Shown one piece after another: positions 27,326-34,830 of a stretch of DNA of 40,000 nt. The translations under genes were made by a program, and so were the position numbers. The stretch is taken from assembly GCA_964529435.1 (NCBI GenBank), contig CAZGUT010000004.1, forward strand, positions 51,765 to 91,764, in the 5' to 3' direction. The stretch is from an uncultured Candidatus Peribacteria bacterium. GTDB taxonomy: Bacteria > Patescibacteriota > Gracilibacteria > UBA1369 > 2-02-FULL-48-14. The notes under the pieces are model-generated. The model had not been told where the DNA came from. It saw only the letters and a list, made by a program, of their open reading frames with translations, and made no database searches. How positions within the stretch are numbered: position 1 is the stretch's first letter; each line of letters begins with the position of its first letter.

Positions 27326-28210
27326 ATGAAAAAGAAAGGTCTACTGGCAATATTACTTACCGTTCTGATTTGGGGTAGCAGCTTTGCAGTGGTGAAAATT
27401 GGGCTTCAAGAAATAGAACCCTTAATGCTAACTCTTTTACGAGCTTTATTTGCATCTATATTTTTGATGAGCATTATTCTCCTCAGAAGAGAACAAAAAG
27501 TATTCTTAAAAGCTGTAAAAACAGATTGGAAATATTTCTTAGTATTGGGCTTAATCGGTATTACACTTTTCGGCCTTCTTCAGAATGTGGGGATTAAATA
27601 TACTTCTTCAGCTTTGGCAGGAATTCTTCAAAATACAAATCCACTTTTCATACTCGTGCTCTCAGGCATCTTTTTAAAGGAAATCATTACAAAGAATAAA
27701 ATTCTTGGTTTGGTCACGGGGTTTTTAGGTGTGTGTTTTATTGTTTTTGTGGGTACCGACATAAAAGAACTTTTTAGCTCAGAAACATTTTTAGGTAACG
27801 TACTCATAATTGCCTCAGCTTTAAGTTGGGCCATTTACTCAATTCTAAACAAACGAGTTTTTAAAAAATATTCTCCACTCCACTTAACATCAATCGCTTA
27901 TATTTTTGGTACAATTCTCTTGATTCCTGCAGTGCTAATTTTCAGCTCAGTAGCAGATCTTTCTGAACTATCCTTAAAGTCTTGGCTGATCATTTTGTAC
28001 CTGGGAATTACATGTTCTGCGATTGCATTTTTCTCATGGAACTACGCATTAAGTAAAATGGATGCATCCAAAGCTTCTGCATTTTTATATTTAATTCCAG
28101 TCATAGCAATTTTTATTGGATGGGCTTTTATGGGAGAGGAAGTTTCAACATATGCTTTGCTAGGAAGTGGCTTAGTTCTAGGAGGTGTTTATTTAACAGA
28201 AAAAGCTTAA
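27326..28210 (+). CDS. EamA/DMT superfamily transporter
   Basis: About 10 hydrophobic segments in two halves. N-terminus LAILLTVLIWGSSFAVVKIGL and the second-half ALSKMDASKASAFLYLIPVIA are typical of EamA repeats. Confidence 0.85.
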   Translation: MKKKGLLAILLTVLIWGSSFAVVKIGLQEIEPLMLTLLRALFASIFLMSIILLRREQKVFLKAVKTDWKYFLVLGLIGITLFGLLQNVGIKYTSSALAGILQNTNPLFILVLSGIFLKEIITKNKILGLVTGFLGVCFIVFVGTDIKELFSSETFLGNVLIIASALSWAIYSILNKRVFKKYSPLHLTSIAYIFGTILLIPAVLIFSSVADLSELSLKSWLIILYLGITCSAIAFFSWNYALSKMDASKASAFLYLIPVIAIFIGWAFMGEEVSTYALLGSGLVLGGVYLTEKA

Positions 28211-28213
28211 ATA

Positions 28214-28486
28214 ATGAAAAAACTCCTCCACCACACACGCAGCGTAGCGAAGTGTGCTAACCGCCTCGCTCAAGTCCTAGTCCGGTTTTATCAAATCACA
28301 CTTTCTCCAGACCACGGTCCTCTCCGCCACATTTTCCCCGGCGGCTTTTGCCGTTACACCCCCTCATGCTCCTCATACACCCACGAAGCAATCGGCAAGT
28401 ACGGCCTGATCCGCGGCACTATAAAAAGCATCTGGCGCATTCTCCGCTGTAACCCATGGAGTAAAGGAGGTATTGACTTACCGTAA
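28214..28486 (+). CDS. yidD: Membrane protein insertion efficiency factor YidD
   Basis: YQITLSPDHGP...CRYTPSCSSYTHEAIGKYG...RILRCNPWSKGGIDLP, the YidD signature. Confidence 0.85.
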   Translation: MKKLLHHTRSVAKCANRLAQVLVRFYQITLSPDHGPLRHIFPGGFCRYTPSCSSYTHEAIGKYGLIRGTIKSIWRILRCNPWSKGGIDLP

Positions 28487-28531
28487 AATTCTCATTAAGC
28501 TCCCCAAGGTTTCTCTAACCTTCGGAAAAAT

Positions 28532-30100
28532 ATGGAAAATGAAAATGACGTTCGTCCAGTTCAGCGCGCACTTCTTAGCGTGTCTGACAAAACTGATCTC
28601 ATCCCGCTTGCGGAAGCTCTTCACAAGCACGGCACTGAAATCCTCTCAACCGGCGGAACAGCAAAAGTTCTCAAAGACGCAAACATCCCTGTCACAGACA
28701 TCTCAGACTACACCGGCTTCCCAGAAATGATGGACGGCCGCGTGAAAACTCTTCATCCAAAAGTTCACGGAGGACTATTAATGCGCCGCGGCCAGGACGA
28801 CGAAATTGCAGCCAAGCACGACATCAAAGCAATTGATATGGTTGTAATCAACCTCTACCCGTTCAAAGAAACCGTCAGCAAAGAAGGCGTAACAGAACCA
28901 GAAGCAATTGAACAAATCGACATCGGCGGCCCGGGTATGCTCCGTTCTGCTGCAAAAAATCACAAATACGTAACGCCACTCACAGCAATCCAAGACTACC
29001 CGCTCATCATTGAAGAACTTGAAAAATTCGGCGGCATCACAGGTAAAACTCGCCGCAAATTAGCAATCACCGTCTTCGACAAAACCGCAAATTACGACCG
29101 CGCAATCGCAGACTATTTAATGTACGAAGGAAAATCAGTCGAACTCTTAGACCTGCATTATGAAAAAGTAATGTCTCTTCGCTACGGCGAAAATTCTCAT
29201 CAGAAGGCAGCATTTTTCCGTGACCCATCAGATCATTTCCCAAATGTCGCGAACGCAAAAGTCCTGCAAGGAAAACAACTTTCATACAATAATATTGTAG
29301 ATGCAGACGGTGCACTTGAATTGGCAAAAGACTACAATCGACCTGCAGCAGCTGTCATCAAACACACAAATCCATGTGGCGCAGCAACGGCGGAAAATAT
29401 CAATGATGCTTTCACACTGGCATACGAAGTCGATCCAATGTCCGCATTTGGCTGTGTGATTGCTCTCAACCGCCCGTGCACAAAAGAAATCGCTCAGTAC
29501 ATCAAAGACAAGAAACTCTTCGTTGAAATCATCATCGCACCTTCTTTTGACGAAAGCGCTCTCGCGCTGCTTTCAAAACGAAAAAATCTCCGCCTGTTAG
29601 AAACCGGCGCTCTCAGAAAAAACCCAAATCAACGAGCAATCAGAAATGTATCCGGCGGAATGCTAGTCCAAACTTCAGATCAATATGTTGTCACAGAAGA
29701 TGACCTAAAAGTTGTAACAGAAAAAGCTCCATCCCAAGATGAAATTGAAGCGATGCTCTTTGCCAGAATCCTCGTGAAACACGTAAAATCCAACTCCGTG
29801 GTCTTCGCCAAAAAACATGACAAAGGAGGCTGCGTTGCAACCGGAATCGGGGCAGGGCAGATGTCTCGCGTAGACAGCGTAATCATTGCGAAACGCAAAG
29901 GCGGTGAAAATGTACCAGGCTCAGTCATGGCATCAGACGCATTCTTCCCATTCCCAGACGGCGTGGAAGAAGCATGTGACGCAAAGATTTCTGCTATTAT
30001 CCAACCCGGCGGATCCATCCGTGACGACGAAGTCACAGCTCGTGCAAACGAACTCGGCCTCTCCATGGTTCACACTGGCATCCGGTCATTCAAACACTAA
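28532..30100 (+). CDS. purH: Bifunctional IMP cyclohydrolase / AICAR formyltransferase PurH
   Basis: RALLSVSDKTDLIPLAEALHKHGTEILSTGGTAKVL...DGRVKTLHPKVHGGLL (MGS-like IMPCH domain) plus a full-length C-terminal AICARFT region ending HTGIRSFKH. 522 aa. Confidence 0.93.
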   Translation: MENENDVRPVQRALLSVSDKTDLIPLAEALHKHGTEILSTGGTAKVLKDANIPVTDISDYTGFPEMMDGRVKTLHPKVHGGLLMRRGQDDEIAAKHDIKAIDMVVINLYPFKETVSKEGVTEPEAIEQIDIGGPGMLRSAAKNHKYVTPLTAIQDYPLIIEELEKFGGITGKTRRKLAITVFDKTANYDRAIADYLMYEGKSVELLDLHYEKVMSLRYGENSHQKAAFFRDPSDHFPNVANAKVLQGKQLSYNNIVDADGALELAKDYNRPAAAVIKHTNPCGAATAENINDAFTLAYEVDPMSAFGCVIALNRPCTKEIAQYIKDKKLFVEIIIAPSFDESALALLSKRKNLRLLETGALRKNPNQRAIRNVSGGMLVQTSDQYVVTEDDLKVVTEKAPSQDEIEAMLFARILVKHVKSNSVVFAKKHDKGGCVATGIGAGQMSRVDSVIIAKRKGGENVPGSVMASDAFFPFPDGVEEACDAKISAIIQPGGSIRDDEVTARANELGLSMVHTGIRSFKH

Positions 30101-30103
30101 TCA

Positions 30104-30847
30104 ATGACTCTCCCACAAGCCATCATTCTCGGCATTCTCCAAGGAATCACAGAATTCCTACCAATCTCTTCATCCGGACATCTCATTCTTGGCGAAACAC
30201 TTTTTCATCTGGACGTGAGCCAACTCAAAGACTTCGACGTTGCAGTTCACGTTGCAACTCTTCTCGCAATCCTGGTCTATTTCTGGCGAGACCTGCTCAA
30301 AACAAAATATTGGAAGTGGCTCATCCTCGGAACCATCCCAGCCGTAATCATCGGCTTCACACTTGAAGACCAAATCGACGCACTTTTCCGCAGCGCACTT
30401 TCCGTCGGAATTGTAATGATGCTTATGGGTGCAATTTTCACAATCCCAGAATCTAAAGTCAAAATCTCCAAAACCCAAAAATTCAACTGGCAAAAAGTTC
30501 TTGCCATCGGAATCGCCCAATCCATAGCTCTCATTCCAGGCGTATCCCGTGCCGGTTCAACAATCTTTGCCGGAACAGCACTCGGCCTCAAACGCGAAGA
30601 AGCAGCCCGATTCTCATTCATGCTCGGCTCCATTGCAATCGCCGGCGCCGGCCTCCTCACAGCCATAGATATCACAGAAACAACAGTTCTTCACGTACCA
30701 CTCGCTGCAGGCTTCATCGCAGCATTTATCTCCGGCCTCGCCGCAGTCTGGTGGCTCATGCGATTTCTCAAAAAACATTCACTCCGCGTCTTTGGGATTT
30801 ACTTATTGCTAATCGGCGGAACAACAATAGCCCTAAGCATATTCTAA
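30104..30847 (+). CDS. uppP: Undecaprenyl-diphosphatase UppP/BacA
   Basis: ILGILQGITEFLPISSSGHL N-terminal motif, PGVSRAGSTI motif, 8 hydrophobic segments. Confidence 0.9.
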   Translation: MTLPQAIILGILQGITEFLPISSSGHLILGETLFHLDVSQLKDFDVAVHVATLLAILVYFWRDLLKTKYWKWLILGTIPAVIIGFTLEDQIDALFRSALSVGIVMMLMGAIFTIPESKVKISKTQKFNWQKVLAIGIAQSIALIPGVSRAGSTIFAGTALGLKREEAARFSFMLGSIAIAGAGLLTAIDITETTVLHVPLAAGFIAAFISGLAAVWWLMRFLKKHSLRVFGIYLLLIGGTTIALSIF

Positions 30848-30864
30848 GCAAAATCCAAGTCGTC

Positions 30865-30893
30865 TCGACAAATCCACCCAATCCTGATACAAT
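30865..30893 (+). promoter_or_regulatory. Candidate promoter upstream of purP
   Basis: TCGACA -17 nt- TACAAT, 27 nt upstream of the ATG at 30920. Confidence 0.35.
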
Positions 30894-30919
30894 CCCCAAA
30901 ACAATTTTAACAAATCCAA

Positions 30920-31948
30920 ATGTCAAAAAACCCGTCAGATTACGCCATCGCAACCCTGGGGAGCCACACCGCTCTGCAAATTCTCAAGGGCGCAAAAGAC
31001 GAAGGAATCAAAGCAATTGCGGTCTGCACGCCAAAAGCCCGCCGCGTTTATGAAAGTTACGGAGTCGCAGATGAAATCATTGAAGTCGACACTTACCAGG
31101 ATTATTTCAAAATCGAACAACAACTAATAGACCAAAACGCCATCATCATCCCACATGGCTCTTTCGTGAGCTACCTGGGACACGAAAAAATGCGCAACAA
31201 CGTGAAAGCAATGCATTACGGATCCAAAGGTGTTTTGGAGTGGGAATCAGACAGAATGATGGAACGCGAATGGCTCAAAGCAGCCGGACTCAATCTGCCA
31301 AAACTTTACAGAGATCCAGCAGAAATTGACGGCCCAGTAATTATCAAATTCCACGGCGCGCAAGGCGGATTTGGATATTTCATTGCAAATTCACCAGAAG
31401 AATTCAACGAAAGAATCAAAGAATTCCCAGACCACGACGGTTACGTAATCCAAGAATACATCGTGGGTGTGCCAATGTACGTTCACTATTTTGTATCCGC
31501 ACTCACTGGCAAAATCGAAATCATGAGTTTTGACAAACGCTACGAATCAAACGCAGATTCAATCGGGCGGATTGCAGCTCAAGATCAAATTGACGTTGGC
31601 CTCCGCACCAGCTACACCGTAACAGGTAACGTGCCCATCGTAGTCCGCGAATCTCTCATGCCAATGTTCTTCGAAATCGGTGAAGCCGTAGTCCGCGAGT
31701 CCAAAAAACTTAGTGGCGTACCAAAAGGACTTTACGGCCCATTCTGCCTGGAAGGAATCATGGATCCTGAACTCAATTTCCGTGTTTTCGAAATCTCAGC
31801 CCGCATCGTAGCCGGAACAAACCCGTTCACTCACGGCTCACCATACACCTGGCTCCGTTATGACGAACCAATGTCCACCGGCCGCCGAATTGCCCGAGAT
31901 ATCAAAGAAGGGATCTCAGCCGGCCGCCTAGAAGACCTGTTAGGTTAG
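30920..31948 (+). CDS. purP: Archaeal-type FAICAR synthetase PurP (formate- and ATP-dependent, ATP-grasp)
   Basis: YAIATLGSHTALQILKGAKDEGIK..., IIPHGSFVSYLG, LEWESDR, IIKFHGAQGGFGYFIA, NVPIVVRESL, GPFCLEG and FEISARIVAGTN track the Methanocaldococcus PurP sequence as I recall it, block for block. Confidence 0.85.
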   Translation: MSKNPSDYAIATLGSHTALQILKGAKDEGIKAIAVCTPKARRVYESYGVADEIIEVDTYQDYFKIEQQLIDQNAIIIPHGSFVSYLGHEKMRNNVKAMHYGSKGVLEWESDRMMEREWLKAAGLNLPKLYRDPAEIDGPVIIKFHGAQGGFGYFIANSPEEFNERIKEFPDHDGYVIQEYIVGVPMYVHYFVSALTGKIEIMSFDKRYESNADSIGRIAAQDQIDVGLRTSYTVTGNVPIVVRESLMPMFFEIGEAVVRESKKLSGVPKGLYGPFCLEGIMDPELNFRVFEISARIVAGTNPFTHGSPYTWLRYDEPMSTGRRIARDIKEGISAGRLEDLLG

Positions 31949-31973
31949 ACAAAACTCAAATCCATACTATAGC

Positions 31974-31989
31974 TGACCGGCGCCGGTCA
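31974..31989. repeat. Perfect 16-bp GC-rich palindrome
   Basis: TGACCGGCGCCGGTCA, 26 nt after the purP stop. There is no downstream T run. Confidence 0.6.
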
Positions 31990-32042
31990 CGGATTCAACA
32001 GCTTCCATTTATGTCAATAATCTATTTTAAAAACCATAAAAA

Positions 32043-32318
32043 ATGAACAGAGAAAGAATAAGTTTAATCCTAGCAGTCCCAGCATTACTTGCCTCGACGT
32101 GTGCATTGCCGGGCGTACAAGAGCAATTTACAACACGCACACCAGTAGCAATGACATCAAAACCTCTTTCAAAAGAACGAAAAGCACATAATGGCTTTAT
32201 TGAAGGTTGTACAGAACTTTGCTTGTGGGCAACAAATTGTATTGATGCTACTTGTTCCTTGGAAAGAAACGAATGCCAAAGAAGATGCATTTTCGCTCTA
32301 CATGAACCACGAGATTGA
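32043..32318 (+). CDS. Possible small secreted Cys-rich protein (91 aa)
   Basis: Signal-like MNRERISLILAVPALLASTC followed by 6 further Cys. Fits between the palindrome and the purP-2 promoter. No Shine-Dalgarno sequence and an antisense ORF of similar size, so weakly supported. Confidence 0.35.
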   Translation: MNRERISLILAVPALLASTCALPGVQEQFTTRTPVAMTSKPLSKERKAHNGFIEGCTELCLWATNCIDATCSLERNECQRRCIFALHEPRD

Positions 32319-32334
32319 AATAGTAAATAATCTC

Positions 32335-32362
32335 TTGTCCGTGTATATTATCTCCATAGAAT
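32335..32362 (+). promoter_or_regulatory. Candidate promoter upstream of the second purP paralogue
   Basis: TTGTCC -16 nt- TAGAAT, 15 nt upstream of the ATG at 32377. Confidence 0.35.
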
Positions 32363-32376
32363 TTCATAAACCAAAT

Positions 32377-33549
32377 ATGACCCAAAATCTACTAGACGGC
32401 TACGATCTCAAAAATTTAACTATCGGTGTGCTTGGTGGGCACAGCGCCCTGGACGTTTGCGAAGGAGCTAAAAAGCTCGGATTCAAAACACTCGCAGTTT
32501 GCCAAAAAGGCCGTGAAAAAACCTATGCAAAATATTACAAAACTCGTGGCGAAAAAGGCTGCATTGATGACATAATTCTTGTCGACAAGTTTTCAGATAT
32601 CACAAAGCCAGAAATCCAAGAAGAACTCCTCAAACGAAACACAATCTTCATCCACAACAGGTATTTCTGGGTCTACTTCGACGATTTCGACGACATCGAA
32701 AAACGCTCCAAAGTTCCAATTTACGGCCTTCGCAAAGGAGTCCGCTTGGAAGAACGCGACCAGCCACTGAATCAATATCACCTCCTTGAAAAAGCCGGCA
32801 TCCGCATTCCAAAAATCGTAAAATCCGGCACAGATACTTTCAAAAGTGACGAAGATTTCAAAAAAATCCTAGACAAACACTTCAAAGCAAAAGGTGGCCC
32901 ACTCCTCGTAAAAGTAAACGAAGCTACCCGCACTTACGAACGCTCATTCTTTGTCTGCACAACAACAGAAGGATTTTTCAATGAAGCAAAACGAAAAATC
33001 GCAGCAGGAGAAATCACCCAAGAAGCACTCAACCAATCCACAATCGAAGAATTTGTGATCGGTGCACAGGTCAATTTCAACTATTTTTACTCCGCACTCA
33101 ATGACGAACTCGAGCTCATGGGAACAGACACCCGTCGCCAAACAAGCCTAGACGGCTTCCTCAGATTAGACGCTCAAACCCAAACGGAGCTCATGGAAGG
33201 AGGATACAAACCCAGCATGATTGAAACCGGACACATCGCTTGCACGACAAAAGAATCAATCATAGAAAAAGCCTTCGTCGCAGGAGAAAAATTCCTAAAA
33301 ATTATGAAAGAAGAAGTGCCACCAGGCATGATCGGCCCCTTTGCACTACAAGGTGCAATCGCCACCACCAAAGGTAAAGAAGAATTAGTTGTCTTTGACG
33401 TTTCAATGCGAATTCCCGGCTCACCCGGCACCCGCTACACCCCATATTCAAGTTATCTCTGGGGTCATGACATGAGCTACGGCGAACGTATCGCAATCGA
33501 AATCAAAGAAGCGGTCGACACAGATCGCCTTCCCGAAATCTTAACCTAA
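32377..33549 (+). CDS. PurP-family ATP-grasp paralogue (divergent)
   Basis: LTIGVLGGHSALDVCEGAKKLGFKT, EEFVIGAQVNFNYFYSAL, LELMGTDTRRQ, PPGMIGPFALQG and VVFDVSMRIPGSPG parallel the PurP N- and C-domains. The internal ATG at 32377 is preferred; the track ORF from 32191 adds a non-homologous 62-aa extension. Confidence 0.8.
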   Translation: MTQNLLDGYDLKNLTIGVLGGHSALDVCEGAKKLGFKTLAVCQKGREKTYAKYYKTRGEKGCIDDIILVDKFSDITKPEIQEELLKRNTIFIHNRYFWVYFDDFDDIEKRSKVPIYGLRKGVRLEERDQPLNQYHLLEKAGIRIPKIVKSGTDTFKSDEDFKKILDKHFKAKGGPLLVKVNEATRTYERSFFVCTTTEGFFNEAKRKIAAGEITQEALNQSTIEEFVIGAQVNFNYFYSALNDELELMGTDTRRQTSLDGFLRLDAQTQTELMEGGYKPSMIETGHIACTTKESIIEKAFVAGEKFLKIMKEEVPPGMIGPFALQGAIATTKGKEELVVFDVSMRIPGSPGTRYTPYSSYLWGHDMSYGERIAIEIKEAVDTDRLPEILT

Positions 33550-33554
33550 TAAAT

Positions 33555-34616
33555 ATGGATGCTAGCGCCAGCATAGAACACGAACCAAGCTTAGAAGATC
33601 GCCCAGACATTGCCGAACAACTAGATGAACTTTATGCAGAAATAGAAGCAGAAAGTGATTCAGGAGACGTGGAAGAAGCATCTGAAGAATTTGTGAAAAT
33701 GTCAGGTGGAGAAATGCTAGAACAAATCGATGATATTAATGAAGGGACAATAAGTTTTTTGGAGGAAAAGATTAAAGAAGCGCCAAATCGCAAGGAGCGC
33801 AAGCGCGCAAAACTTCAATTAGATATTTATGAGGACACACTTGAACTTCTTGAAGATATTGAGGATTGGGTAGATGAAGAAAAGCCAAAAAAGGTCCAGG
33901 AAAAAACAATGAAATATTTGGACAAAGTAATGAAGCGAATGAGGAAAGCCGGCTTGGATGACGAAGAAATACTAAACGCAGCTGATGAACTCCAAGATTT
34001 CATCAACGCAAATACCCAAGCCTACGAAGAAACAATTGGTAAGCCACATCTCATTTTGGAAGGAACTTCTGTCCTACTTGAACTTATTCCTCTGGTCAGT
34101 GGTCCAAAGATGCTTGCAGAATCTGTCATTGGTAAGACAATGGCAGGGCGTAAATTGAGCATTCCAGGAAGATTTTGGCATGCAACGTGGGCAGGAATTT
34201 GGACCGTAGTTGACACAGCAGGACTCGCTGTGGGCATCCTGGCTGCCCCAGAAACAGCTGGATTAGGAACGGTTGCAGTTGAGGGTGCAGTGCTTGCAGC
34301 AAAGGGCGCAAAAGTAACAAAAGCAATGAAAGTTGGTGCAGCCCTTATGCGTATGGCAAAAGGGGGAGGGAAGGCATCAAAAGCAATTCTAAAGACAAGT
34401 AAATTCCTTGTAAAGCATCCAAAACTAGCAAAGGGTGCAGTCAGAGTGGGTAAACACGGAGGAAAACTCAGCAAGTTAAACACGGTAAAAGGTGCCGTAA
34501 AAATAGCTGCAAAAACACCAAAAGCAGTTGCAAGAATGCGTATTTTTAAAAACGTCCGCGCAGAAAGACTAGAACTTCTCAGTACCCTAGACTCCGTCTT
34601 CAAATCCGCCTCTTAA
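33555..34616 (+). CDS. Hypothetical membrane protein with acidic N-terminal and Lys-rich C-terminal halves
   Basis: 353-aa ORF with an Asp/Glu-rich N-terminal ~170 aa. Hydrophobic segments follow (VLLELIPLVSG and FWHATWAGIWTVVDTAGLAVGILAAP...). It ends in a KGA/KxxK-repeat basic tail. Confidence 0.6.
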   Translation: MDASASIEHEPSLEDRPDIAEQLDELYAEIEAESDSGDVEEASEEFVKMSGGEMLEQIDDINEGTISFLEEKIKEAPNRKERKRAKLQLDIYEDTLELLEDIEDWVDEEKPKKVQEKTMKYLDKVMKRMRKAGLDDEEILNAADELQDFINANTQAYEETIGKPHLILEGTSVLLELIPLVSGPKMLAESVIGKTMAGRKLSIPGRFWHATWAGIWTVVDTAGLAVGILAAPETAGLGTVAVEGAVLAAKGAKVTKAMKVGAALMRMAKGGGKASKAILKTSKFLVKHPKLAKGAVRVGKHGGKLSKLNTVKGAVKIAAKTPKAVARMRIFKNVRAERLELLSTLDSVFKSAS

Positions 34617-34617
34617 T

Positions 34618-34722
34618 CTTGGGATTTATAGAACATTTCCTCACTGGGTTTCAGTTTTGTTCATGCATGATTCACAAAACTTCAACCTGAAATGCATTCT
34701 GAAATATTCTACAAATCCCAAG
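34618..34722. repeat. Long imperfect hairpin A (~105 nt)
   Basis: Outer arms CTTGGGATTTATAGAA / TTCTACAAATCCCAAG (15 of 16 pair) continue with ATTTC/GAAAT. Inner helices are TTTCAG/CTGAAA and TTTTG/CAAAA, and the apical palindrome is TCATGCATGA. Starts 2 nt after the stop at 34616. Confidence 0.7.
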
Positions 34723-34830
34723 AAGAAAGAAAGGAGGGGAGACTAACATAAGATGTTGATAGGTTAAATTTCCCCGAATCATGATGAGGGGGAATTTAAA
34801 CCAGTTAGTCGAACCTCCTTTCTTTCTTCT
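34720..34830. repeat. Long nested hairpin B (~110 nt)
   Basis: Perfect 17-bp outer stem AGAAGAAAGAAAGGAGG / CCTCCTTTCTTTCTTCT. Then GACTAAC/GTTAGTC (7 bp). Then TTAAATTTCCCC/GGGGGAATTTAA (12 bp with one G-U) around a 12-nt loop. Its 3' arm abuts the stop codon of the minus-strand ATPase gene. Confidence 0.75.

Noticed and set aside
28473-28730. 85-aa + ORF bridging yidD and purH
   Set aside because: It overlaps the strongly supported purH start in another frame and has no motif. It is an out-of-frame artefact.
32191-32376. 62-codon N-terminal extension of the second purP paralogue
   Set aside because: Homology to PurP begins at the internal Met (MTQNLLDGYDLKNLTIGVLGGHSALD). A promoter-like element lies inside the extension.
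34022-34603. 193-aa minus-strand ORF
   Set aside because: It is antisense to the Lys-rich tail of the 33555-34616 gene. AAA/AAG-rich sense codons give an open Phe/Leu-rich antisense frame, and there is no independent support.
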